A stretch of DNA of 64,000 bases. Source: Candidatus Latescibacterota bacterium (GTDB lineage Bacteria > Latescibacterota > CBDEFO01). Below the pieces are notes generated by a model, which was not told where the DNA came from, did no database searches, and saw only the letters and a program-made list of their open reading frames with translations. The stretch is taken from NCBI GenBank assembly GCA_965237525.1, contig CBDEFO010000007.1, forward strand, positions 704,001 through 768,000, given 5' to 3'. Both the position numbers and the translations under genes were made by a program. This document shows, in pieces, positions 1-9,607 of this stretch. The stretch's first letter is position 1. Each line of letters opens with the position of its first letter.

Positions 1-1
1 G

Positions 2-919
2 AAGTTTCTGAAGGGCAGCATCGCTACTGCAGCGGCTGTCTCTGTGGAAAGTTTCATCTCGGACAGAGCCGCAGCACAACTACCAATGGAGATCAACCAA
101 GGAGGTTCTATGCCTATCATCGATGCTCACGTCCACGTCCTCAATAACTATGTGACTATGGCTCCTCTTGAGGATATTGGGCGGCATGACCGACTCCTGT
201 GGCATATGGATAAATGCGGGGTAGAAAAAGCAGTTATGTTGCCGGTGTTGGCGGACTTCTCGCCGAAGAACAATGAGGAATGTGCACAGCTTGCCAGAGA
301 ATACCCTGACCGTCTGGTCACCCTGACCTATGTCCATCTCGGAGAGCCAAACGCTGCGGAACAGATTGCGCGGGCGCGGGGGGAATTCGGGGCTGTGGGA
401 ATCATCTGCTATCCGTCGCCCAGGGATATCAAATGTATGACAGATCCAGCTTGTGAGCCGGTCTGGGAGGCCTTCAGTGCCAATGATCTGGTCTGCAACT
501 TGCAGATCGCGCCGCCAAATTACGCCATTTTACTGGATCTGGCGCGAACTCATACAGATATCCGATTTGTGTGCAATCATATGGGCCTACCGCACAGTTT
601 GAAGCTGGACGATGATAGCTACGGGGGTCTAATGGAAGCGGCGTCATTGCCCAATCTATTTGTCAAGGCGTCGGCGTTCTACTCTCCAGCGACGAGGTCC
701 TGGGATTTCCGGTGTCCGCGGTCGCTGGGCTTTTTTTCGAATCTTCTGAAAGGATTGGGAGCAGATCGATTGCTCTGGGGATCAGACTGGCCATCGGCAG
801 GCAACCACGTTACCTACAGGCAGACCCTAGAGACTGTACGCACCTTTGCCGTAGACTTGGACGATGAAAGTCGTGCACTGGTTTTGGGCGGGAATGCCGC
901 CAGGGTTTTCAAGATCTGA
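2..919 (+). CDS. Amidohydrolase family protein (Amidohydro_2), 5' end probably off-window, with Tat-like leader; internal ATG at 110
   Basis: IIDAHVH metal-binding motif, HMGLP, LLWGSDWP, GGNAARVF; frame open from base 2 (KFLKGSIATAAAVSV...). Confidence 0.85.
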   Translation, partial: KFLKGSIATAAAVSVESFISDRAAAQLPMEINQGGSMPIIDAHVHVLNNYVTMAPLEDIGRHDRLLWHMDKCGVEKAVMLPVLADFSPKNNEECAQLAREYPDRLVTLTYVHLGEPNAAEQIARARGEFGAVGIICYPSPRDIKCMTDPACEPVWEAFSANDLVCNLQIAPPNYAILLDLARTHTDIRFVCNHMGLPHSLKLDDDSYGGLMEAASLPNLFVKASAFYSPATRSWDFRCPRSLGFFSNLLKGLGADRLLWGSDWPSAGNHVTYRQTLETVRTFAVDLDDESRALVLGGNAARVFKI

Positions 920-1228
920 GGATCTTGCTGTAGCAAAGCCGAGACCGCTGTATCTAGATATAATCAGATTATGGGTCCTCAATTTCAATTGGAGACTTCT
1001 AACGCCAAGTTTGTCAAGACTCTGATTGCTACTTATAGATCGCCAGTGAAGGAGGTTCGAAGGACTGTGGAAGATCATAAGGGCAAAGATCTGCGCCATT
1101 CCCGGTGAAGATATCGAGACGGAAGTTTTGAAGGGAAGTATCGCTACTACAGCAGCTGCCTCTATCGAAAGTTCCATCTCCGATAGAGCCTCAGCACCAC
1201 ACAAATGGTAATTGACCAAGGGGATTTT

Positions 1229-2038
1229 ATGCCTATCATTGATGCTCACGTCCACGTCCTGGATAACTATGTGTCAATGGCTCCGTTTGAGGATAACGGC
1301 CGGTATGACCGACTCCTCTGGCTAATGGATGAGTGCGGGGTAGAAAAAACGGTTATGTTGCCGGTGGTGGCTGACTTCTCACCGAAGAACAACGAGGAAT
1401 GTGCACAGCTTTCCAGAGAATATCCAGACCGCCTAGCTGCCTTGACCGATGTCCAGCTCGACCGGCCAAACGCAGCGGAGCAGATTACTCGCGCCCGGGA
1501 GGAATTCGAGGCAGTGGGCATCAGCTACTATCCGCCGTCCAGCGATCTCAAATGGATGACAGAGGCGGCGTATGGCCCGGTCTGGGAGGCGTTTCGTGCC
1601 AATGATCTGGTCTGCAACTTGCATGCCTCACCGTCCCATTACGCCGTTCTACTTGAGCTGGCGCGGACTCATACAGATATCCGGTTTGTGCTCAATCATT
1701 TGGGCTATCCGGGCAGTCTGAAGCTGGACGATGCCAGTTACGGCGGACTGCTGGAGGCAGCGTCATTGCCCAATCTGTTTGTCAAGGCATCGGCGTTGTA
1801 CGCCGCAGCAGCGACACCCTGGGATTTCCGGTGTCCACGGGCTCTGGGCTTTTTTTCGAGACTTCTGAAAGGACTGGGGGCAGACCGACTGCTCTGGGGA
1901 TCGAACTGGCCACCGGCAGGATATCACCTTACCTACAGGCAGACCCTGGAGACAGTCCGCACCTTTGCTGCAGACCTGGACGATGAAAGTCGTGAACTGG
2001 TTTTGGGTGGGAATGCTGCCAGGGTTTACAAGATCTGA
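1229..2038 (+). CDS. Amidohydrolase family protein, tandem paralog of the previous gene
   Basis: Same motifs (IIDAHVH, HLGYP, LLWGSNWP); aligns along its whole length with 110..919. Confidence 0.88.
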   Translation: MPIIDAHVHVLDNYVSMAPFEDNGRYDRLLWLMDECGVEKTVMLPVVADFSPKNNEECAQLSREYPDRLAALTDVQLDRPNAAEQITRAREEFEAVGISYYPPSSDLKWMTEAAYGPVWEAFRANDLVCNLHASPSHYAVLLELARTHTDIRFVLNHLGYPGSLKLDDASYGGLLEAASLPNLFVKASALYAAAATPWDFRCPRALGFFSRLLKGLGADRLLWGSNWPPAGYHLTYRQTLETVRTFAADLDDESRELVLGGNAARVYKI

Positions 2039-2232
2039 GGGATTCTTGCAGGAGAGCCGAGCCTGCCATATCTCTATATAAGTCTACTAGTGATTCTCAG
2101 CTTCAAGCGCGAGACATCCAACCACAAAAGGTGGAAATGCAACGAAAGACATTGTGGGGCAGACCCATCTGTCTGCTCTGAAGTGAAACCAAAAGTACTT
2201 CTTGCAATAGTCAAAAGCGTATACTTATACAC

Positions 2233-2757
2233 ATGCACTTGAATCAGTTTGAGATTCGGTTAATAACGAGCTCCATTCCGACGAGTACTCTCTCTTATAT
2301 AATGGTTTTTGCTGCCGTTTGGTTTTACGCGCCGTCGCCATGTCTTGGTTGCAATTGTCTACCTCTGGGTAGTGCACTCGAACAACTTGAAAGGCAAGAT
2401 GCTGTTTTCTCAGGTAGTGTAATTGAAATTATAATGGTAGAGGATGAACTATTGAGTATCAAGTTTGATGTGATAGATGTATGGAAAGGAGTTGAGGGGA
2501 AAGAAATTACAGTTTATACAGGATCTCATGATGGAATTTGTGGATATAATTTCCAGATGAATAAAGATTATTTGGTCTACGCCAATTGGAATAATGAAGC
2601 TAAAAGATTAGGAATCATCGGAGTAAGCCTCTGTAGCAGAACCAGACTTTTGATTGAGGCATCTGAGGATCTCTCTGAGTTGGGTACGGTGGTTGAGCTA
2701 ATTACATGGGGTGCTATTAAGTTGCATTTTGCGAAAAATCCAGTAAACGATCAATAG
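2233..2757 (+). CDS. Secreted TIMP/NTR-like domain protein with C-terminal TWGxIK motif (true start may be downstream)
   Basis: Hydrophobic segment then CxC (CNCLP), VFSGSV, GICGYNF, YLVYA, CSRT pattern typical of bacterial TIMP-like proteins. Confidence 0.65.
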   Translation: MHLNQFEIRLITSSIPTSTLSYIMVFAAVWFYAPSPCLGCNCLPLGSALEQLERQDAVFSGSVIEIIMVEDELLSIKFDVIDVWKGVEGKEITVYTGSHDGICGYNFQMNKDYLVYANWNNEAKRLGIIGVSLCSRTRLLIEASEDLSELGTVVELITWGAIKLHFAKNPVNDQ

Positions 2758-2881
2758 GTAGAATATCAACCTCCGATAGATTCAAGCGGGGGTCAACCCA
2801 ATAGTATGCGTTATAATAGGAGACAAATACTGTCGGCTTTGCTGGGGCTACAACAAACTATGAAGTGGAATGAGGTAAAAG

Positions 2882-4822
2882 ATGCCTGAGCATAGATATA
2901 GAAAGGTATATCTGAAGGAGACGTCTTTAGATGAGGGACTAAAGAGGTTCCTGAGCGCTTTGGAGAAGGTTGGGGCACTTGAACCCCTTGAGGGTGAGAC
3001 TGTTGCCGTGGCGGATTCTCTGGGGAGGGTTACGTCCCGTCCTGTGTGGGCGAAGATCTCCTCGCCTCATTACCACGGATCGGCAATGGACGGTGCAGCG
3101 GTGAGGGCAGTGGAAACTGTGGGGGCGTCTGAGGTGTCGCCAGTAAGGTTGAAGATGGACAAGCAGGTTCGATGGGTCGATACGGGCGATCCTATACCTG
3201 CAGGGTTTAATGCAGTTATTATGATCGAAAACATCCACGAGATAAATAAAGAGACGATCGAGATCATGGCCCCTGTGGCTCCATGGAATCACGTGAGGCT
3301 CTTGGGCGAGGACATTGTGGCGACGGAGCTTATACTACCCGAAAATCACAGGATCCGCCCTGTGGACATGGGGGCGATAGCCGCATGTGGTCTCTCGGAG
3401 GTCGAGGTAAGGAGAAAGCCCCGCGTGGGGATCATGCCGACGGGATCTGAGCTTGTGAACCCCCGCGAATCACTAAAGGTCGGAGAAATAATAGAATTTA
3501 ATTCTCTTGTGCTTGCGGGGTTTGTGGAGGAATGGGGAGGGATCACAAAGCAGATAGGTATCGTAAAGGACGAGTACAATCTTATTAAGGAAAACGTAGA
3601 GAAGGCCTTGGAGGAGAACGACATAGTCGTGATAAATGCAGGGTCATCCGCGGGAGCTGAGGATTACACTGCTCCTGTTATAGATGAGTTAGGGGAGGTT
3701 CTGGTTCACGGGATTTCTATAAGGCCGGGTCACCCTGTGGTATTGGGAATTGCAAAGGACAAACCTGTCGTAGGGATTCCGGGTTATCCGGTATCGGCTA
3801 TTCTGACGTTCGATCTATTAGTGAAGCCTGTGATATACAGGATGTTGGGGAACGCCCCTCCCTCAAGGAGTAAGATGAAGGCTTTTATGACGAGGAAAGT
3901 GCTTTCTCCTATGGGCGAGGACGAGTTCTTAAGGGTCAAGGTGGGGGTGGTGGGAGACAGGGCTGTGGCTACGCCTCTTCAAAGGGGAGCAGGGATAATT
4001 ATGTCTTTAGTGAGGGCTGACGGTCTGGTCAAGATTCCACAGTTCTCTGAAGGTATCCAATCGGGATCCGAGGTCGAGATTGAGCTTCTAAGAGAACAGG
4101 AGGAAGTCGAAAATACTATCGTTGCAATAGGGAGCCACGATCTGACTTTGGATCTTTTGGCCAGCTTCTTAAGCAAAAAGTATCCGGAGCTGAGTCTCGC
4201 TTCATCCAATGTGGGTAGCTTCGGGGGACTGACTGCTTTGCATAGAGATGAAGCACACTTTGCAGGGTCACATCTATTAAATGAAAAGACGGGGGAGTAT
4301 AACGTTTCATACGTAATGAAGTTATTGAAAGGCAAAGAGATAGTGCTTCTCAATTTAGTCTATCGGGATCAGGGATTGATAGTCCCAGTGGGGAATCCGA
4401 AGAACATAGTAAGTCTGGAGGATCTTTTGAGGGGTGAGGTCAATTTTGTGAATCGTCAAAGAGGCTCTGGAACTAGGGTCCTTTTAGACTATAAATTGAA
4501 GGAGATGGGCGTAGATCCTTCCAAGATAAACGGATACGAGCGCGAGGAGTTTACACATCTTGCCACAGCTGCGGATGTGAAAAGTGGGACTGCGGATACA
4601 GGCTTAGGTATACTTGCGGCTGCCAGAGCATTGGGTTTAGACTTCGTGCCGCTGTTGAAGGAAAGATACGATCTTGTGATACCGAAGGAATATTACGAAA
4701 GCGATATACTTCAACCCCTTTTGAATATTATACGAGGGAATGAATTTAAGGAAACGGTGGAGTCTCTGGGCGGATACGATGTATCGCAAATGGGACAGGT
4801 GATAGATGAGATAAATGTGTAG
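2882..4822 (+). CDS. moeA: Molybdopterin molybdotransferase MoeA fused to C-terminal PBP (LysR-type substrate-binding) domain
   Basis: SAMDGAAV, TGSEL, GSSAG, RPGHP, GIPGYPVS; C-terminal GSHDL, NRQRGSGTR. Confidence 0.92.
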   Translation: MPEHRYRKVYLKETSLDEGLKRFLSALEKVGALEPLEGETVAVADSLGRVTSRPVWAKISSPHYHGSAMDGAAVRAVETVGASEVSPVRLKMDKQVRWVDTGDPIPAGFNAVIMIENIHEINKETIEIMAPVAPWNHVRLLGEDIVATELILPENHRIRPVDMGAIAACGLSEVEVRRKPRVGIMPTGSELVNPRESLKVGEIIEFNSLVLAGFVEEWGGITKQIGIVKDEYNLIKENVEKALEENDIVVINAGSSAGAEDYTAPVIDELGEVLVHGISIRPGHPVVLGIAKDKPVVGIPGYPVSAILTFDLLVKPVIYRMLGNAPPSRSKMKAFMTRKVLSPMGEDEFLRVKVGVVGDRAVATPLQRGAGIIMSLVRADGLVKIPQFSEGIQSGSEVEIELLREQEEVENTIVAIGSHDLTLDLLASFLSKKYPELSLASSNVGSFGGLTALHRDEAHFAGSHLLNEKTGEYNVSYVMKLLKGKEIVLLNLVYRDQGLIVPVGNPKNIVSLEDLLRGEVNFVNRQRGSGTRVLLDYKLKEMGVDPSKINGYEREEFTHLATAADVKSGTADTGLGILAAARALGLDFVPLLKERYDLVIPKEYYESDILQPLLNIIRGNEFKETVESLGGYDVSQMGQVIDEINV

Positions 4823-5023
4823 GGTTTAAGAGCAGCTTTAAGGGCAGCTGAAAAGCGCTTGAAAGGAAGTTCGCCTCTTAAAAATGGAGATAGAGGCTAT
4901 ATTTTTATTGTGTGAAAACTAGATCGTCCTTATATTAAGCATTGTTCTTAAGTTCAGTTAAGCAGCGGCATCTGTATTGAACAACTTACCGCTTGTTGCT
5001 GCTAACGTACGGAGGATTTTCAT

Positions 5024-5895
5024 GTGAAAGAGTTTGAGTATTTCAGACCGAATACCATAGAGGAGGCAATAGAGATTCTGAGCCAATGGGGAGAAGGGGC
5101 GGTGGTGTTTGCGGGCGGGACAGATCTCCTCGTCAGGATGAAGGATAGGCACTTAACGCCCAAGTGTCTGGTAGATATCAAGGGGATTCCAGGATTAGAT
5201 ATTATCAAATACGATGAAAATGAAGGACTTACCTTGGGATCTATGGTATCTTTCAGGGATATAGAGAAGTCTGAGGTGATCAGCAGGCACTACCCGATAT
5301 TGGTTCAGGGCGCCGAGTTGTGGGGTCTTTTCAGATAAGGAACAGAGGGAGCATAGGTGGGAATCTGTGCAACGCCGCTCCGTCTGCGGACATCGCTCCT
5401 CCCTTGATAGTGCTCGGGGCTGTGGCCCATATAGCGGGACCGGAAGGTGAAAAATCAATGCTTGTAGAGGAGTTCTTCCTGGGACCGGGGAAGACTGCGC
5501 TTGCAAACAACGAGATACTTTTGAGATTGACTGTACCTCCTTCCGTAAAAAGAGGCGGCGCCTATATGAGACATACGACACGGGAGGCCATGGACATAGC
5601 TGTCGTGGGCGTGGGAGCAATAGTCCAACTTGGAGAGGATAACGACGTGTGCAAAGACAGTAAGATATGTCTGGGCGCTGTGGCTCCTGTTCCGATGAGG
5701 GCCCACAATGCAGAGGGGATACTCAAGGGAAAAGAAATTACGGATGAGTTAGTAGAAGAGGCAGCTCAGGCGGCGTCGGACGAATCGAAGCCCATAACTG
5801 ATGTGAGGGGGACAGCCCAGTTCAGAAGGGAATTAGTAAGGGCGTTGGCAAGCAGGATGGTCACGAAGGCGATTGATGACGCAAAATCGCGGTAG
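5024..5895 (+). CDS. Xanthine/CO dehydrogenase family FAD-binding subunit (CoxM-like), split by a 1-base frameshift near 5320
   Basis: FEYFRP, AGGTDL in first frame; QIRNRGSIGGNLCNAAPSAD, GAVAPVP, DVRG in second frame. Confidence 0.85.
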
Positions 5896-5909
5896 ATCGG
5901 AGGGAAACT

Positions 5910-6392
5910 GTGAAGCTTCACGTAAGTATGATCGTAAATAGCGAAGATTATGAGGTCGAAGTGGAGCCCAGAAAGGTGCTGCTCACGGTTTTGAGGGACT
6001 ACTTGGGGCTAATAGGGACCAAGGAGGGGTGCGGGACAGGAGACTGCGGGGCGTGCACGGTCATTATGAACGGCCAGACGGTCAATTCGTGTCTTGTGTT
6101 AGGAGTTGAGGCTGACGGAGCAAATATTGTGACCATAGAAGGAATTGCTACGAGCGAAGGACTGAGTCCAGCGCAAGAGGCGATAGTGAAGTTCGGAGGG
6201 ATTCAGTGCGGGTTCTGCACACCGGGGATAATTGTGTCGGCCAAGGCTCTTTTGGATGAAAATCCCGATCCGAACGAGGAAGAGATCAGGAAAGGAATTG
6301 CCGGGAATCTATGCAGGTGCACGGGGTACAGTAAGATCGTCGAAGCGATTCAGGATGCCGCAAGACTTAGAGTTGAGACGATAAAGACTTAG
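5910..6392 (+). CDS. (2Fe-2S)-binding subunit of xanthine/CO dehydrogenase family (CoxS-like)
   Basis: KEGCGTGDCGAC, QCGFCTPG, NLCRCTGY. Confidence 0.92.
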   Translation: MKLHVSMIVNSEDYEVEVEPRKVLLTVLRDYLGLIGTKEGCGTGDCGACTVIMNGQTVNSCLVLGVEADGANIVTIEGIATSEGLSPAQEAIVKFGGIQCGFCTPGIIVSAKALLDENPDPNEEEIRKGIAGNLCRCTGYSKIVEAIQDAARLRVETIKT

Positions 6393-6524
6393 CGCTATTT
6401 TCATTTTGCGCAAATTTTGAAGCCGATCGCTTTTGTCTTCTCGTAACTACTTCCAGCTATCTGTAACGCGGATAACGGTATAGCTCTTGTGAGTTCAAAC
6501 CAACGAAGAGGGAGGAGTGCAACA

Positions 6525-7349
6525 ATGAATCGTATCATCGTAATGGCCCTTATATGCATGTGCTGTACGGGAAGCAAGATAGATGCTTGGATTATTGACT
6601 TGAAACAGTCTCTTAATCTTGCGAAAGGCGGCACAATCTCCGCAGAGACTGTAGCAAACTGGGTAAACGAAACTACAAGTGCAGATACGCTGCTGTGCAA
6701 CTCCCTAGTGGTCAGCGGAGATATTGATTTCAGGAGTAGTGGGATCGATACCGTGTGGTGTATGCTTTACTTTAAGGAAGCGACATTTCGAGGAAAGTCC
6801 TACTTCACAAGGACGATGTTTCAAGGAGGAGCCGACTTTACAGGAGCGACGTTTCAGGAAAAGGCCGACTTTGTAGAAGCGATCTTTCAAGGAGAAGCCG
6901 GCTTCGCAAAAGCGACGTTTCAACGTGATGCTGATCTCAGGGAAGCGATGTTTCAACGAGATGCCTACTTCACAGAAGCAACGTTTCAGCGAGAAACTAT
7001 CTTCTGGGGTGTAACGTTTCAAGGGGAAGCTCACTTCACAGAAGCGACGTTTCAAGAAGCAGCCGATTTCACAGAAGCGACGTTTCAAGAAGCAGCTGAT
7101 TTCACAGAAGCGACGTTTCAAAGAGGGACGGATTTCACAAAAGCAACGTTTCAACGAGAGACCGAATTTGCAGAAGCGATGTTTCAACGAGATGCCCACT
7201 TCGCAGAAGCGATGTTTCAACGAGAGACAAACTTTAGGGGTGTAATGTTTCAAGGAGAGGCTGACTTCAGGGGTGTGACGTTTCAAGGGAAGGCCGACTT
7301 CAGGGGTGTGACGTCTCACGGAAAGGCCGACTTCAGAGATGCATTTTAG
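6525..7349 (+). CDS. Pentapeptide-repeat protein with 11-aa repeats and an N-terminal signal-like segment
   Basis: GGAGG RBS before ATG 6525; repeats such as ATFQGEADFTE. Confidence 0.8.
   Translation: MNRIIVMALICMCCTGSKIDAWIIDLKQSLNLAKGGTISAETVANWVNETTSADTLLCNSLVVSGDIDFRSSGIDTVWCMLYFKEATFRGKSYFTRTMFQGGADFTGATFQEKADFVEAIFQGEAGFAKATFQRDADLREAMFQRDAYFTEATFQRETIFWGVTFQGEAHFTEATFQEAADFTEATFQEAADFTEATFQRGTDFTKATFQRETEFAEAMFQRDAHFAEAMFQRETNFRGVMFQGEADFRGVTFQGKADFRGVTSHGKADFRDAF
6775..7345 (+). repeat. Degenerate 33-bp coding tandem repeat (about 17 units)
   Basis: Recurring gaagcgacgtttcaa...gccgatttcaca with 33-nt period. Confidence 0.85.
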
Positions 7350-7900
7350 TCAAAAGGGAGTCGACGTGACAACTCACTTCCTGAACTCCTTCAAATTACG
7401 TGATGCAACGGCCTTCGCTGATAAAATTTCGTTGAAGATATGCTTCATCTCTTAGGGGCAGTGCGTGAAAACTGCGTCGTTCCGTCTAACTTGTTGATGA
7501 GTGGACGTATGTTCTTGGGAAATCGGCGATAGAGAGCATAGATGAGTTTCCTTCGGGTTTGACATCTTGCAGCAACTTAAGTGAGTCACTGTCTCCGGAA
7601 ACCGAAGCCTGCTGAAAGGTGAAAAGTCAGAACGGAAACCTGTCATCGTGAGCGATTACGAGTAAGCGCGGTTCTGTGGCTAAAAAGTTGTGAAAATCTA
7701 AGAATGATATTGCTTAGCTACAGATTCAAAGGTCGTTTGATATACGGGAGATCTAAGGAAAACTCAACCTTTCGGAAGCTCGGGCAATATGCTACCAAAG
7801 ATTGCTATCCAGTCTGAGTTTCAAGTCAAATGATGCTGCTCGTCGTATGTTGACCACTCTAACTTTACTTCCGAAACACCCGCGCTGCTGTAGTCCTCTC

Positions 7901-8272
7901 TTAAAGATCCTCCAAATATCTCCTAATTGCCCTATTTACCAGTTCTGCCGTGGCCTTGCCTTCCTCTTTCGCCTTATTACTCAATGGTTCGTACAGTGCG
8001 TCTTCGATCCAGTGGGTTCTCCGTGACTTTGGACTTTTTGACTTCTGAAATTTGTGCGTGCTCTCAGCTTCTTCCTCGGCAAGCGACGACGGTTCCTGCG
8101 AGTTTTCGGAGATTATGCTCTGGTTTGTCTTTGAATGATCCCATTCATCGACACGGCCCACGGATGAGATTTCTGCTACGTTTCTTCTCCGTAGAATTAA
8201 GAGCGCGACCAGTCCAAGAGCTAGAGACAGTGCGCTGGTCAAAAAGAGTCCCAAAATGATCCATTTATACAT
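7901..8272 (-). CDS. Membrane-anchored protein with C-terminal ribbon-helix-helix (CopG-like) motif
   Basis: N-terminal TM helix, polar linker, RRTHWIEDALYEPLSNKAKEEGKATAELVNRAIRRYL. Confidence 0.6.
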   Translation of the reverse strand: MYKWIILGLFLTSALSLALGLVALLILRRRNVAEISSVGRVDEWDHSKTNQSIISENSQEPSSLAEEEAESTHKFQKSKSPKSRRTHWIEDALYEPLSNKAKEEGKATAELVNRAIRRYLEDL

Positions 8273-8750
8273 CGGTTACTTTCTTTCTCTATGCCTGGAT
8301 ATGTATCGTCTGCCTCTAATCGAAGTTGGGCCCCTTCACACACTGCAGTGCAACCGCTTCCTGCTCTTTCCCTCCTGGTGTCTTTATATTATACCAGGAG
8401 CGCAGAGGAGAAAAGAGAGCTGCACAAGCCTAATGATCACCCAATCGAATGAGGGAAGTACTGACTCGGCTGAATATACTGAAAAAAAGGAGAAAAGTCA
8501 ATAACAATCGATCTGGATCCAGGTTCATTGAGTTTTTTCGGAGGTAAGCTAGCACTGACTGCACGCCAGGCGGGCCCCTCTGTTCGCTCCAAGCGTAGGG
8601 CAATACAGGCACTACATGTAAGAAAGAAGAAAGAGGTGCCCAAATCCAGCACACGACACAGTGCAGAAGTCTTACTTAAATCTTAATACTGCACTTGCCT
8701 TCTACCAAAGCTAAAGCTTCTAAGAACATTAAATGGCCCTGCTAATCTAA

Positions 8751-8899
8751 GCCGAATAATTCGTGAAATCTGAGAAATCTGCACAAATACTGGACTTTCC
8801 AGTTATCGCACGAAAACAAAGTTTCTTAGCCTAAATTGTATAATCGATTGTCGTACATAGAATTATAGAACTTTTCAGCAAGTTTATGAATTAATCAGG
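8751..8899. mobile_element. MITE-like element A (149 bp)
   Basis: Ends gccgaataattc / gaattaatcagg, flanked by direct CTAA (8747-8750, 8900-8903); same ends as elements at 10601 and 23770. Confidence 0.7.
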
Positions 8900-8913
8900 C
8901 TAATTGGTTTCTC

Positions 8914-8942
8914 TTGACATCTAACAAGTTCGTCTGTATCAT
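8914..8942 (+). promoter_or_regulatory. Putative sigma70 promoter
   Basis: TTGACA-17 bp-TATCAT. Confidence 0.5.
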
Positions 8943-9607
8943 TGTAGGTTAATCGGTCTATATACTAAACTTCCGTATTTTTTCCAGTAAGTGAGAACCG
9001 ACTATACTCAGGGGAGAATCCCTGCGCGTGACTTCCTTTACTGAAGCTATAGGATTCTGGACACATCTCGAGTGAGATAGCGCGCATTCTTTCCGCTAAG
9101 GATCTTGAGAAGGCCGTAATCGGAGAGCGAAGCGTGGCAGCCAAAGACGATAATGTATATTGGGGCCCCTTCTCAACTAAGAGCAGAGCACTCATAAATC
9201 ACGGAGATGTTAAAGGCAGGAGCCTGTGAGAATACAATATGATGTAATACCTACAGAGCACGCAAATATGATGTTATAAAAGGAAGTATGACGTAGGCAA
9301 TAATGTAACTTAATATACAATAGATTAGATTACTTAGCAAGATATTTCGTTTTATGGAAAGAAATATTAAGGTATTACCTAATTCGTAATACTTACCAAC
9401 AGGAGGGTTCTATCTAATATTGTCACTCAGAGCAGAGAAGAATTGACATCAGCGATGTCGCTGGATTGGATGACCGTGCTGCTGGAAGCGAAGACGATTT
9501 TAGACCTTTGATTGACTTTCTATAAAACAAACCTCTGAACCGATTTTGTGCACGAGGGTCCTAAGAAATATTCTCCAGAATCCTAACGAGACGTTAAGGA
9601 GCAACGG

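Noticed and set aside
6705..7319. 204-aa Cys/Arg-rich ORF on the minus strand
   Set aside because: Antisense shadow of the pentapeptide-repeat gene
6775..7345. Possible CRISPR array
   Set aside because: Contiguous in-frame 33-bp coding repeats without unique spacers; no cas genes
7455..7700. GTGCG start suggesting a group II intron 5' end or an IS terminus
   Set aside because: No domain V/VI, reverse transcriptase or matching second end found
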